Positions 7,679 to 16,919 of a stretch of 20,000 nucleotides of DNA are shown piece by piece. The stretch's first letter is position 1. Every line of letters begins with the position of its first letter. The notes below the pieces were generated by a model. It did not search any database, was not told the DNA's origin, and was given only the letters and a program-made list of their open reading frames with translations. The stretch lies in IMG/VR virus record IMGVR_UViG_3300001687_000011. One strand, 5' to 3'. This stretch comes from an uncultured virus (IMG/VR IMGVR_UViG_3300001687_000011) (Duplodnaviria > Heunggongvirae > Uroviricota > Caudoviricetes). The position numbers and the translations under genes are program-made.

Positions 7679-8590
7679 TTACCAATCGTAATTTACTAAA
7701 CCATAGACTGTCTCGGAATTATCTTCACGATCATGTCTTACACCTACAGCCACTCCAAAAGCTGAAGTACCATTACTCCAAGTAACTCCATGACTGATCG
7801 ATGTAGTCTTTGAGTCCGTAAATAATGAACTCTTATGATCCAGACCATATTTATTCTCAAGGACAATCCTGGATTGAGCTAATAGCTCATTATTCGCATT
7901 ATAAAACTGTACATAAGTGTTTTCAGTCCAGTAGGTTCCATGAGGCATTGTAACCAAAACCTCAACATAACTTATAGGACTACATTCGGAAAATCCCATA
8001 ACAGGTTTTATCAGAGTCACTACCTTACTGTTGTTCGTTTTGGCATATGCAAAACCAGGAGAATCAGCTTTTACTGCAATAATAAATCTATAGAACTCTC
8101 CCTTTGCCAACTTAACAATAGTCTTATTTGGGGATACAGCAACACCAGTTACAATACTATTGGTATCCATCAGATCTACCGTACCACTGACTAAAGGTGC
8201 CCCTATAGATTCTTGGTAAGTACCACCACTATTTAAGGTATTCACTGACTGATTATAGGCATTTGATTGAAAACCTTCATAGTCTTCCATCAGTTCATTG
8301 TTCACAGTGGTTATAGTATCACCTTCATTTACTACATTGATGGTATTATTTATAACATTTGTATTATTGATGGTATCACCTTGATTAGGATTTCCATCAG
8401 GGCCAGGAGGAGGATTACCATTGTTACCACCCTGACCTGGGCCAGTATAACCAGAACTATGAGGATTATGTGGATTCTCCCACCCATAGGCATTTCCATT
8501 ATCGGGATCTGCATATACTTTTGTACCCATTCCTACACTTACAATCATCAACATGAACATAATCATTACTACTACTGCAATCTTTTTCAT
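7679..8590 (-). CDS. secreted/surface protein with signal peptide, low-complexity G/N/P region and C-terminal amphipathic beta strands
   Basis: MKK + hydrophobic core + VYA cleavage site; GPGQGGNNGNPPPGP; ends ...AFGVAVGVRH...TVYGLVNYDW; AAGGAG SD. Confidence 0.8.
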   Translation of the reverse strand: MKKIAVVVMIMFMLMIVSVGMGTKVYADPDNGNAYGWENPHNPHSSGYTGPGQGGNNGNPPPGPDGNPNQGDTINNTNVINNTINVVNEGDTITTVNNELMEDYEGFQSNAYNQSVNTLNSGGTYQESIGAPLVSGTVDLMDTNSIVTGVAVSPNKTIVKLAKGEFYRFIIAVKADSPGFAYAKTNNSKVVTLIKPVMGFSECSPISYVEVLVTMPHGTYWTENTYVQFYNANNELLAQSRIVLENKYGLDHKSSLFTDSKTTSISHGVTWSNGTSAFGVAVGVRHDREDNSETVYGLVNYDW

Positions 8591-8698
8591 ACCAGTCTCT
8601 CCTTTTATTTTAAGGATTAATATTAATAGAAATAACTATAAGCATACCCAACCAGACTAAAAATAGAATAAGAAATTTCTTATCCCCTCCCCTCTGTA

Positions 8699-9526
8699 CT
8701 AAGACTGACTTCCTTCAACCCAAATTACATCATCTTGTGGTCTTAATTTGAACACAGGACAACCTAATGTAGTTGGAGGATACAATTTCATTTCTCCATA
8801 GGAAGCAGCTATTCCTTTTGTATAAGTTCTAAACCAGCTTCCTGTAACTACTCCTGTTCTTTTTACATTTATTAACTTCAAATTTTTGTTTGTTGTTATC
8901 CTGGGACTGGAACTTTCTAAGATGTCATGCATATGAGCATAAGCATAAATATCAGCAATGAATTCCCCCATAAACCGTTCCAGCTTATTCAACTTAGCTC
9001 CACGAGTCAGAGCATTTCCTGATCCATGAGCAAAAACACCTTTTATAAGTTTTGAACTTGTCCTTGTTCGTTTGAAATATAAATGAACAAAAGAAGTCCA
9101 TCCTAAGTTTGGAACTCCCAGTCTCTTACAAATATTGTGTTGGACATTAACGTGATTGTGTTTTCTGATAGCTTCTTCATGATTACCTGTTAATAATCCA
9201 ATACATTTATCCTTTATAGGATAAAGCAAATCAACTATCCACTCTGTTTGGCATTCAGCTATGTTATCTTGTTCTACCCAACTACATACGGATCTACCGC
9301 TTGGTTCCCACCTTGGATCTGAAGGGGTAATAAACTCTCCATAATCTCCCATCCCAATCCAGTATGCAAATGGGTTATCTCTTATTTCTTTTATCTTGCG
9401 TCTAAGATCATTCTCTGTACAATGGATAGTTCCGCAATGTATATCCCCTAAAGGATACAGACTGATAACATCAGACCTTCCATGCCTGATTTCATAATCA
9501 ATAGCTTGCACTCTTCTAACCTCCAC
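8699..9526 (-). CDS. calcineurin-like metallophosphoesterase
   Basis: motifs GDIH, GMGD, GNHE, AHG, YAHMH in canonical order; start codon uncertain (GTG, no clear SD). Confidence 0.88.
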   Translation of the reverse strand: MEVRRVQAIDYEIRHGRSDVISLYPLGDIHCGTIHCTENDLRRKIKEIRDNPFAYWIGMGDYGEFITPSDPRWEPSGRSVCSWVEQDNIAECQTEWIVDLLYPIKDKCIGLLTGNHEEAIRKHNHVNVQHNICKRLGVPNLGWTSFVHLYFKRTRTSSKLIKGVFAHGSGNALTRGAKLNKLERFMGEFIADIYAYAHMHDILESSSPRITTNKNLKLINVKRTGVVTGSWFRTYTKGIAASYGEMKLYPPTTLGCPVFKLRPQDDVIWVEGSQS

Positions 9527-9648
9527 TTCTAACCATTAACCAAAAATTACTGAAAAATTAAGTTTCTATAAAATCACCTCTTTAAAAATTTTTAAAAGTT
9601 GAACAACTACACCCTTACTGTAATACGGTTTTCAAGTGACAATTTGTA

Positions 9649-9855
9649 TCACCTTTTTTCATCTTCTTCAAATTCGTCATCAATTACCTCTTCTTCTTCC
9701 TCCAAATTCCTTAATATGTCTTGAGTATTCTGTTTAAAATTTTTACGATCATACCTGGTCTTATCTTTGAAAGGGACATCACCTATAGGAACATGTTTAC
9801 GTATTTTAAAGAATGCAGAATTGGTATTTTTACCGACTCGTTTGGTTTTTGACAT
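9649..9855 (-). CDS. small protein with basic N-terminus and acidic tail
   Basis: KIRK...KDKTRYDRK followed by EEEEEVIDDEFEEDE; GAGGA upstream. Confidence 0.7.
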   Translation of the reverse strand: MSKTKRVGKNTNSAFFKIRKHVPIGDVPFKDKTRYDRKNFKQNTQDILRNLEEEEEVIDDEFEEDEKR

Positions 9856-9883
9856 CTTGTACTAAAATCCTCTATTATGGTTC

Positions 9884-9923
9884 AAAGTGGAGGTGTTGTC
9901 CATTTGGGCAACACCCCCATTTT
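9884..9923. terminator. intrinsic terminator, probably bidirectional
   Basis: AAAGTGGAGGTGTTGTCC-ATTT-GGGCAACACCCCCATTTT inverted repeat just downstream of the 9937 stop. Confidence 0.75.
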
Positions 9924-9936
9924 AGACAACACCCTA

Positions 9937-10629
9937 TTACAATCTGTAACCGATATTCTCTTCGGTTAATCTCAATCGTTCTCTGACTCTATATTCTGCC
10001 TGTCTGACTATTTCATCCTTAGAAGTCTTGATGTAAGTCTCAGGCCGAAATACTTTCACATTATCAATACTGGTGAAATACACCAAATCATTTCCATACC
10101 TTTTTACCAGGGCAGGGTCTTTATTGGGATCATTTAAAACTTCCCAGGTCTTAGGATCGAGAGCTTTAAGGCCCACTTTTTTACCATAAGGTGTTTCACC
10201 AATCCAGAAGATCTCACCAAACGTCCCAACTGGAACTTTCCGACCCTTAAAGACTGTGACCTTTTTACCTTTGATGATTCTCTCTGATTCAGCCTGTACT
10301 TCATTTTGTACCTGCTGAAGGTTGTACTTCATGAGATATTCTTTTACCTCTTCAAGTACCTCTGGGGTTGCATCAATAACTGCTGAGTTTGGGTATGTCC
10401 AACCACGAGTTGTAGCATATTCAATTCTCTTAAGGGATTTGGTTTCCTTGTCCCATACTTCAGCATAAAAATCACTGTCATCATATCCGTTTCTTTCATA
10501 TACCCGAAGTACACAACCCTTATAGGTAGTCTCCATGTACAGATCCCCTTTGGCCCCAGGGTAATCTTTGAGCACCTTAACATTGGGTTTTCCTGAATTT
10601 TCCTTTGAGGTCATCATGTGAACTGCCAT
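9937..10629 (-). CDS. phage hypothetical protein with SH3/KOW-like C-terminal segment
   Basis: GGAGGTG SD, first gene after the promoter at 10668-10705; GKKVTVFKGRKVPVGTFGEIFWIG. Confidence 0.85.
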   Translation of the reverse strand: MAVHMMTSKENSGKPNVKVLKDYPGAKGDLYMETTYKGCVLRVYERNGYDDSDFYAEVWDKETKSLKRIEYATTRGWTYPNSAVIDATPEVLEEVKEYLMKYNLQQVQNEVQAESERIIKGKKVTVFKGRKVPVGTFGEIFWIGETPYGKKVGLKALDPKTWEVLNDPNKDPALVKRYGNDLVYFTSIDNVKVFRPETYIKTSKDEIVRQAEYRVRERLRLTEENIGYRL

Positions 10630-10667
10630 TTTGCACCTCCAAGTAAAAGGTTTATGTTTTTTACCCT

Positions 10668-10705
10668 CTACTTATTATATCGGCAATTCACCATTTTTTC
10701 TTCAG
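10668..10705 (-). promoter_or_regulatory. putative promoter, copy 2 of conserved motif
   Basis: minus strand CTGAAG-N15-GCCGATAT-A-ATAAGTAG; GCCGATAT is the sigma-28/SigD -10 consensus. Confidence 0.75.
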
Positions 10706-10888
10706 TTTATAATATATTAGCATACTAACAGTAAACCAACTCCCAACCACAAGGATTATAGTACATATTTTAAAGAATAAATCATTAGCCAGTTTCATAT
10801 TGATTTTATATGGTTTACAATTACTTAATCCTACAGCAGCTAAGAAACTACCAACTAAATATAATACCCACCACATTAAATAACCCAT
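10688..10888 (-). CDS. small two-TM membrane protein
   Basis: two hydrophobic stretches, basic C-terminus; AGGAG upstream. Confidence 0.65.
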   Translation of the reverse strand: MGYLMWWVLYLVGSFLAAVGLSNCKPYKINMKLANDLFFKICTIILVVGSWFTVSMLIYYKLKKKW

Positions 10889-10910
10889 CTCTCATCTCTC
10901 CTACAAGATT

Positions 10911-10944
10911 TGGTAGGGGATCTTAATTGATCCCCTACCATTTT
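10911..10944. terminator. intrinsic terminator-like hairpin
   Basis: perfect 12-bp stem TGGTAGGGGATC-TTAATT-GATCCCCTACCA; T-run follows on the plus strand only. Confidence 0.7.
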
Positions 10945-10973
10945 ATAAATGAAAAGAAATATATATATAAAGC

Positions 10974-11570
10974 TTAATCCCTCAGGTTGATGGGATCAGC
11001 TTCACCAGTCTCAAAGGCTTTATTGGTATCAGCATCAAGAACAATTATAATCTTGTCAGGATCATACTTGTCTTCCTTGGGAAAACCCATAAGGTGCATT
11101 GCAATCCAACCTGTGGGCATCTGTCTAAGGTAGTCCTTATACACACGGGCTTTCTCAATCAACATTTGTTGATCAGCAGCAAACGTGGCCCTTTGAGACT
11201 CTATGACCGTCATTAATTTATTATACATGGTCGAATCAAAATTGGGGTTGTGTTCTTTTAACCAAGTAAACATGGCCTGAACACCCTCTTGACCATAACG
11301 TTTTTCACAGACCGAATCAAAAACTTTCTTTAGATCATTGGTATACATTTCGGGCACCTGGGCAGTCTCCTTAATGGTCTTGAACATATTGGAACGTGAA
11401 TTTTTGTTCTGCTTCTGCTGTGCTTCTAAAGTATTCTCATACTGAACACATTGGTTATTGATACCCATCAAGTACCCCCCAACACCCAGGAGTGTAACCA
11501 AACCAAATATAAAAACAATGGCTATAATGATCAATACAATCTTCATACTTCCATGATTATTACCGAACAT
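10974..11570 (-). CDS. LemA-like membrane-anchored helical protein
   Basis: ATG at 11570 with AGGAGGT SD; single N-terminal TM, then helical region with NPNF...MYNKLMTVIESQRATF...Y...PTGWIA...GF, resembling the LemA pattern. Confidence 0.7.
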   Translation of the reverse strand: MFGNNHGSMKIVLIIIAIVFIFGLVTLLGVGGYLMGINNQCVQYENTLEAQQKQNKNSRSNMFKTIKETAQVPEMYTNDLKKVFDSVCEKRYGQEGVQAMFTWLKEHNPNFDSTMYNKLMTVIESQRATFAADQQMLIEKARVYKDYLRQMPTGWIAMHLMGFPKEDKYDPDKIIIVLDADTNKAFETGEADPINLRD

Positions 11571-11571
11571 T

Positions 11572-12714
11572 TTAATAATACCTCCTTTTGAAGTGATGAC
11601 CATCATCAAAGGGATCTTGTACCCAGAAGAATATTGTCATCCCTATAGTTAAAATCAATGTGATAACCCAAAGGATTATCATTGCCTTTTTTGTAGGTTT
11701 AATGCTTGCTTTAAGAAAATCAAACTCTGCCATCTTTCGTCTGACAAACTTCTCTTCGATCTTACTGTGTATTAAAGTAGTTATATCCTCCTTTCTCTCT
11801 AAGGTTTTTATATCTACTCCTATACCATCTCTTACTTCCACCATAAGGTCTTTTTTACTTGTCCAGGAAACTGTTCTAACCCAATCAATATTAGGGTAGT
11901 TTGTGATCCCCAGGACAACAATAAAATCATTTTTCTTACCCCCTATCCAAGCTTCTTCTAAGGCATGGACATATGAGTGGTCAAGAGTATTTACAGCTAC
12001 TATAATAACATTTACTTGCTTCTTAGGCCCCAGGTTAGAATTTATCTTCATAAGTTCCTTATTCCACCATTTCTTAACTGGTTCTGGGACAGGCACACCC
12101 ACTGTCAAAAATCTATTTACATGATAGTAGTCATAAATACCTACAGGATAAGCAGGGATCATTTTCTGAAACTTTTCCATGTTTCCTGTTCTTCTCAAGA
12201 TTGAGTCAGGACATGCTTTTATGTAGTTTTCAAAGTTATGTGTCCTGGATGTTGGGTCTCCTACCTCAACTATTGTCCAACGTGGAGGCTCTTTTAAACC
12301 TTGTCTATCAAGCCTCCTAATTTCAATTCTTTCCCTCAACATACCATAGTCAATATAGACAGCCCAATCAATATCATAATCGTGTTCATAACAGGTACTA
12401 CAGTGCTCAGTACATACTCTACTGGCCCCTTCCCCACTACAAGTTTCCCAACAGGGAGGACAACTATAGCTGTGAGTACATGGAACTTTCTCTCTAACCT
12501 TTTTTACTACTGCTCCATTAAGTAATTCTATATCCCTTGTTCTGCTACTCTTAGCAATGAAAAATCCTGTTGTAGCAATGATAAGAACAACTAACTCCTG
12601 AACAAGAATTTCTTTCCATGAGATGGTAAACTCAGGATGGGATAAATGACTTATCAGACAACATATCCCAGCAATACCTAATGGTACAAGCAAGAGTAAA
12701 AATAAGCCGAACAT
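11572..12714 (-). CDS. membrane protein (2 N-terminal TMs, Cys/His-rich loop, TPM-like alpha/beta domain, C-terminal TM)
   Basis: hydrophobic segments at both ends; CTHSYSCPPC...CSTCYEH; QVNVIIVAV...AWIGGKKNDFIVVLG; abuts the LemA-like gene. Confidence 0.75.
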   Translation of the reverse strand: MFGLFLLLLVPLGIAGICCLISHLSHPEFTISWKEILVQELVVLIIATTGFFIAKSSRTRDIELLNGAVVKKVREKVPCTHSYSCPPCWETCSGEGASRVCTEHCSTCYEHDYDIDWAVYIDYGMLRERIEIRRLDRQGLKEPPRWTIVEVGDPTSRTHNFENYIKACPDSILRRTGNMEKFQKMIPAYPVGIYDYYHVNRFLTVGVPVPEPVKKWWNKELMKINSNLGPKKQVNVIIVAVNTLDHSYVHALEEAWIGGKKNDFIVVLGITNYPNIDWVRTVSWTSKKDLMVEVRDGIGVDIKTLERKEDITTLIHSKIEEKFVRRKMAEFDFLKASIKPTKKAMIILWVITLILTIGMTIFFWVQDPFDDGHHFKRRYY

Positions 12715-12725
12715 GATGTCCCCCT

Positions 12726-12890
12726 TTAATAACTATTAACCAATCTCTGGTAAAGATGTTGGTAATACTTTGATGTACTCTGGCTCTCCCCAAGTTCATC
12801 AATACGTTTCTTGAGTTGAACTTTTGTCATTTTATTAACCTTTCGGTTTCTCCACTCTTTTTTATGTCTTTCGACTTTTGGTTTTGCCAT
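12726..12890 (-). CDS. small basic protein (54 aa, MAKPKVERHKKEWRNRKVNKM...)
   Basis: Manual translation, ATG 12890 to TAA 12726; fills the gap; below the ORF-track cutoff. Confidence 0.65.
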   Translation of the reverse strand: MAKPKVERHKKEWRNRKVNKMTKVQLKKRIDELGESQSTSKYYQHLYQRLVNSY

Positions 12891-12952
12891 TATGGTTTCC
12901 CCATTTAAAAAGGATTATGGTAAGTTAATGGATCTTCAAAAATTTCTTCTGC

Positions 12953-13228
12953 TTAAGCATCTTCACCCTGTAGAAACAACATAGCAATGTATGTGATAAC
13001 AGCCCCAGGAAGACATACCCAGCCAACAGCAGGAACAAGAGCAAAAACAAATCCCATATTGGAAGATAGGGCAGGTTTCTTTCCAGCATACTTCAACCAA
13101 GTATTTACTGTGTAAGGCCAAAGATAAGCTCCAATTGTCCCTACTATAACAATGTAGACCATTAAGGCAATCATGGTCATAACAAATCCGATGAAAATAT
13201 TTCCACTACTAAATTTTGTAAAAAACAT
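12953..13228 (-). CDS. small membrane protein (91 aa)
   Basis: two long hydrophobic segments; start coupled to the upstream stop by TAATG. Confidence 0.8.
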   Translation of the reverse strand: MFFTKFSSGNIFIGFVMTMIALMVYIVIVGTIGAYLWPYTVNTWLKYAGKKPALSSNMGFVFALVPAVGWVCLPGAVITYIAMLFLQGEDA

Positions 13229-13395
13229 TACAGTAATCCCCTTTCCTTTTTAATTTTTTCAATTTCCTGGGACACAGAGATGAGTCTTCCACGTTGGAAA
13301 TGTGCCTCAGCTATCAATTGATTTTGGGTTTTAATACCATCAACCACCCCAGCTATTGCTGCAAGACCTACTGAAAAAAGAAGTAAATAAAACAT
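13228..13395 (-). CDS. small protein with N-terminal TM/signal (55 aa, MFYLLLFSVGLAAIAGVV...)
   Basis: Manual translation; AAGGAGGT SD; TAATG overlap with the next gene. Confidence 0.75.
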   Translation of the reverse strand: MFYLLLFSVGLAAIAGVVDGIKTQNQLIAEAHFQRGRLISVSQEIEKIKKERGLL

Positions 13396-13419
13396 TTTAA
13401 ACCTCCTTGGTTTAATTAA

Positions 13420-13572
13420 TTAATCATCAATCACATCAGTTATTTGATATGATGGAAAATTTATATTTACTATCTTAGCAAATTCAATTGTCTCACTACA
13501 TAAAAACCAAAACCCCAACATTGATAGTACAAATAATATAGCTAAAACTGTCTTAACTGGGTTCTCCCACAT
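13420..13572 (-). CDS. small single-TM protein (50 aa, MWENPVKTVLAILFVLSMLGFWFL...)
   Basis: Manual translation; fills the gap and overlaps the end of the upstream ORF. Confidence 0.5.
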   Translation of the reverse strand: MWENPVKTVLAILFVLSMLGFWFLCSETIEFAKIVNINFPSYQITDVIDD

Positions 13573-13750
13573 CTTCTTCAACTTCCTTCCCCAATGAGAG
13601 AAGACCTAAAGCAATACTACAAGCTTCAAATAAAGCTATTCTCTGATCTTGTGAAAGATCATCTATATACTTATCGGTCACTTCTTCATTTTTCTTCGGT
13701 TTCACTTGAAACCCCTTTTTAATAAGATTAATATTTGTTTTAGAGATCAT
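13553..13750 (-). CDS. hypothetical protein (65 aa)
   Basis: ORF track; AAGGT upstream. Confidence 0.65.
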   Translation of the reverse strand: MISKTNINLIKKGFQVKPKKNEEVTDKYIDDLSQDQRIALFEACSIALGLLSLGKEVEEDVGEPS

Positions 13751-13903
13751 GAATAGGAACCTTCAGCTTAGGAATAATAGCAGTTCCAGATGTTATATCC
13801 ACAAACATGTATTCTTACCCCAATATACATGTATTATATTTGTTATTTCAAATATATATCCCTAATTCACCACATGATTACCGTCATGTTCGGTTCATGA
13901 CCT

Positions 13904-14131
13904 CTAAAATTCCTCTAACTCTAAAACTTGTGTACCTTCTGGAACAACCAGAACATGTTTACCTAATAACTCTTTAGCTTTATCACCTAAAGCAACTACA
14001 TCTTTCAGAGGAAGATTATTCTTAAGTGACAAAACAACTGCATCCTCAAATTCATATAGATTTACTTCAACCACAATGTCCTGTTCAAGCTCTTTAGGCT
14101 CCACTATCTTTAGTCTGTATCTTTTTTTCAT
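13904..14131 (-). CDS. hypothetical protein (75 aa)
   Basis: ORF track; AAGGGGT SD; overlaps the upstream gene end. Confidence 0.7.
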   Translation of the reverse strand: MKKRYRLKIVEPKELEQDIVVEVNLYEFEDAVVLSLKNNLPLKDVVALGDKAKELLGKHVLVVPEGTQVLELEEF

Positions 14132-14477
14132 TCCCTAACCCCTTCAAAAATCTCTCAACCTTATTTCTAACTTGTTGCCAAGTGTAACTTTCAGTACACT
14201 CTCTTTCAACCTCATTTACTTCAAATACATAAACTACTGAATTATCTCTCTCAATAGTGATTTCCCAATAATATTCATCCAGATAGGCAACAACTTGAAT
14301 TTCTCCCTCTATTCCAGGGAAAGCATCAGTTTTAACTCCATACCCATTAAAAAAATCATTTATCTTATGAGCTTTTTCCATACGTTTCTTGGATGCTGGG
14401 ACTCCTTCACCATAATGCCATCCTTTAGGGAGTTTACCAAAGCTGTCTATCTTATTCTTTATAAGTTTATAACTCAT
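14094..14477 (-). CDS. hypothetical protein (127 aa)
   Basis: AGGAGG SD; LPKGW...FPGIEGEIQV pattern. Confidence 0.8.
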   Translation of the reverse strand: MSYKLIKNKIDSFGKLPKGWHYGEGVPASKKRMEKAHKINDFFNGYGVKTDAFPGIEGEIQVVAYLDEYYWEITIERDNSVVYVFEVNEVERECTESYTWQQVRNKVERFLKGLGNEKKIQTKDSGA

Positions 14478-14478
14478 G

Positions 14479-14892
14479 TTACCCTCCTATAATAAGACTA
14501 TTTGCCCATTCAATTATTGGGAGTAGCCTATCAGGAAGCAATTTCCTTGCCTCTTGATATTCTAACCATCTATACTCATCGTGTTCAGGTCTTCCTAACT
14601 CTGGATTGATAGAAAAATTAACCTCAGAGATTTCAGTTTCAGCAATATAATATCTGGCAATTTTTTTACCATTTCGATAAGGTAATGTCTCTTTACATAT
14701 GTCACTCCACTTGAAATGTAATCCAGTAATCCCAGTTTCTTCTTTTGTTTCCCTCATAGCAGTATATAAAGGATGCTCTTCAGACTCTACTATCCCTTTT
14801 GGGAAGTCCCAATTACTGTAGGCTCTCAAAAGAAGATACTTCCAAACACCAGATTCTTTTCTAACTATTATCACCCCTGCTGACAGTACCAT
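14479..14892 (-). CDS. Nudix hydrolase, Ap4A-hydrolase-like
   Basis: SAGVII, WDFPKG, Nudix box GIVESEEHPLYTAMRETKEETGI, EHDEYRW. Confidence 0.92.
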   Translation of the reverse strand: MVLSAGVIIVRKESGVWKYLLLRAYSNWDFPKGIVESEEHPLYTAMRETKEETGITGLHFKWSDICKETLPYRNGKKIARYYIAETEISEVNFSINPELGRPEHDEYRWLEYQEARKLLPDRLLPIIEWANSLIIGG

Positions 14893-15220
14893 CTTTTTTC
14901 ATCCTTAATTTAACAGCTAAGTCCATAAAATCAAAACCACTTACGGAAAACATTGTAGCAAAATCCCACACACTCAATTCTTTTGCCAAAGCAGGGTCAT
15001 CTGTAATTTTCATAACGAGATCAATCAAAATATCAAAATCATACCCACTCTTACCCTGCTCAGAAATATAAACAACATAATCTTTTATTTCTTCCTCAAA
15101 CTCTTCTTCCGTGATATCTCCGTTAGATAACAACTGATAAGTTTCCAGGAATTTATTTCGTCTACATAGGTTTTTGACTGCTGTTATCAAGTATTCAATA
15201 GCCAGGTCTTTTTTATCCAT
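14861..15220 (-). CDS. hypothetical protein (~119 aa)
   Basis: ORF track frame; likely start MDKKDL at 15220 after GGTGG, overlapping the upstream stop. Confidence 0.7.
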   Translation of the reverse strand: MDKKDLAIEYLITAVKNLCRRNKFLETYQLLSNGDITEEEFEEEIKDYVVYISEQGKSGYDFDILIDLVMKITDDPALAKELSVWDFATMFSVSGFDFMDLAVKLRMKKDGTVSRGDNS

Positions 15221-15458
15221 TCTTATCAACCACCAAATATTTTTTAGGGTTCCTACCAAATTCGTTTAAGGTTATTTCCCTGATATGGATCAAGGGGATA
15301 ACACCTGTTGGATGATTCTCTAATAATTCTTCTCTCCGTTCCTCAGTCGAATGGGGAAAAACCCCTTTACCATGCCAATAGGCATTTACCAGTTCACGAC
15401 TCTTTGCCAAAACTATATCTATAACTCTACCATTATAATCATATGCAATATATACCAT
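15213..15458 (-). CDS. hypothetical protein (81 aa)
   Basis: ORF track; AAGGGT SD; tight packing. Confidence 0.75.
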   Translation of the reverse strand: MVYIAYDYNGRVIDIVLAKSRELVNAYWHGKGVFPHSTEERREELLENHPTGVIPLIHIREITLNEFGRNPKKYLVVDKNG

Positions 15459-15461
15459 TTT

Positions 15462-15851
15462 TTACCCTTTCAAAATTTTTAAAATATTATCCTTTATTAC
15501 CACTATATCTTTGTAACTATAATGTGTCTTTTTATCAGGAGTTTTAATCTTCCACATAAACAAATAAGCAGGTACTTTATTTTCTATATAATGATAATTT
15601 TTATTTCTATATTCCTCTATCAAGTTGTAATCAAAAACAAGATATATATCGTCCATTAAGGTAACTGTACTGTTTTCAGGATTAAATTTAGCAGGAAATG
15701 TACACAGTGCCTTGAAACTATCAAATTTCTTTATTAAGACCTGATCCATTCGATATTCTTTATCCAGTTCATAAATGACTAACTCAAAATCTAATGTTTT
15801 AAAATAATCATTTATTACAGTTCTAAATGCTAATTCTGGTTCAAACTTCAT
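15462..15851 (-). CDS. hypothetical protein (~129 aa)
   Basis: likely start MKFEPEL at 15851 with AAGGAG SD rather than 15899. Confidence 0.7.
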   Translation of the reverse strand: MKFEPELAFRTVINDYFKTLDFELVIYELDKEYRMDQVLIKKFDSFKALCTFPAKFNPENSTVTLMDDIYLVFDYNLIEEYRNKNYHYIENKVPAYLFMWKIKTPDKKTHYSYKDIVVIKDNILKILKG

Positions 15852-16080
15852 CTGTCTTCTCCTTAAATGGCAACCATCCTTCAGGGATAGGAACATCATC
15901 TAAAGCCATTTGAGCTAACTCCCTGGCCTTATTATCATCCCAAGAAAAATAATCAAAATATTCTTTTATTCTCGTCTGTACTTCCATAGGTAAATCAATT
16001 TGAGGGTGAATTTTTCCCTCTTCGTCTTTCCAAACCAACCCACAACATTGAGATATTCTATAAGCAGTTCGTTTCATCAT
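15841..16080 (-). CDS. hypothetical protein (79 aa)
   Basis: ORF track; overlaps neighbours in operon fashion. Confidence 0.7.
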   Translation of the reverse strand: MMKRTAYRISQCCGLVWKDEEGKIHPQIDLPMEVQTRIKEYFDYFSWDDNKARELAQMALDDVPIPEGWLPFKEKTDEV

Positions 16081-16744
16081 GTATCAATCCATTCTTTTCT
16101 ACTTTTTTATACATCCAATGATCCTCACCAATATTATTGGCAAATTCCTTACGTACAAATTTGGCTACATTATGCTTAAAATCATTGAAGTGAAATCCGT
16201 CTATATTACGTACAACATACCCTTCACAAGTATCACCATAGACTGAGGTAATTCTATTATTATACTCTTTTATGATGTTTTCATTCCACTTCATATATCC
16301 AATTATCGGGACTACCTCTAATCCTACTGTATGACAAAATTCCAGAGTACGTTCCCAACTCAAACACATATTATTCTCATCCCAAATAGAATAGACCAGA
16401 AAATAACTTGGGAGGTGTTGATAATAGATAGTATGTTTAGCATACATATTTTCTCCACATATTCTCCACCCCTCAGGGATCTCCCAACTTAATTCAGCTT
16501 GTAGAGCTTTTACCCAATTCCTGGATTCATGACCTTTACTATCAAGTGACCTGGCATGAATATAATCAGGATACATGGAGGTAGATTCCCCATCCATTTT
16601 TTCTGTGACTACAACTATCTGGTCTTTATAGACTTCAAGATCACTTAGAGTAAGTATTTTATCATCACTCGTTCCATGACTCCAAGGAAAATGGTAAGTC
16701 CTGGGATATTTAGTATATTTAACATCCTGCATCGTTATCTTCAT
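16058..16744 (-). CDS. ATP-dependent RNA ligase (nucleotidyltransferase domain only)
   Basis: KYPRTYHFPWS, motif I EKMDGE, HARS, motif III ICGEN, IIIa FLVYSI, IV EGYVVR, V AKFVR; start may be 16732. Confidence 0.9.
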   Translation of the reverse strand: MKITMQDVKYTKYPRTYHFPWSHGTSDDKILTLSDLEVYKDQIVVVTEKMDGESTSMYPDYIHARSLDSKGHESRNWVKALQAELSWEIPEGWRICGENMYAKHTIYYQHLPSYFLVYSIWDENNMCLSWERTLEFCHTVGLEVVPIIGYMKWNENIIKEYNNRITSVYGDTCEGYVVRNIDGFHFNDFKHNVAKFVRKEFANNIGEDHWMYKKVEKNGLIHDETNCL

Positions 16745-16919
16745 CCTCTTTATAGTGCTTACTTGAAAAAAGTTTATCCACCTTTTCTTCTTTGATAAAT
16801 TCAGTCACCATTGCATATTCTATGATATCCAATAAATCGAGAACAACATCCCCAGTATATACACAATCTGGATGATTATTAACATAATCTCTTATTTTCT
16901 TCAAAGATTTTAAGCTCAT
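16719..16919 (-). CDS. hypothetical protein (66 aa)
   Basis: ATGA overlap with the upstream gene; GAGGAG SD. Confidence 0.7.
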   Translation of the reverse strand: MSLKSLKKIRDYVNNHPDCVYTGDVVLDLLDIIEYAMVTEFIKEEKVDKLFSSKHYKEDEDNDAGC

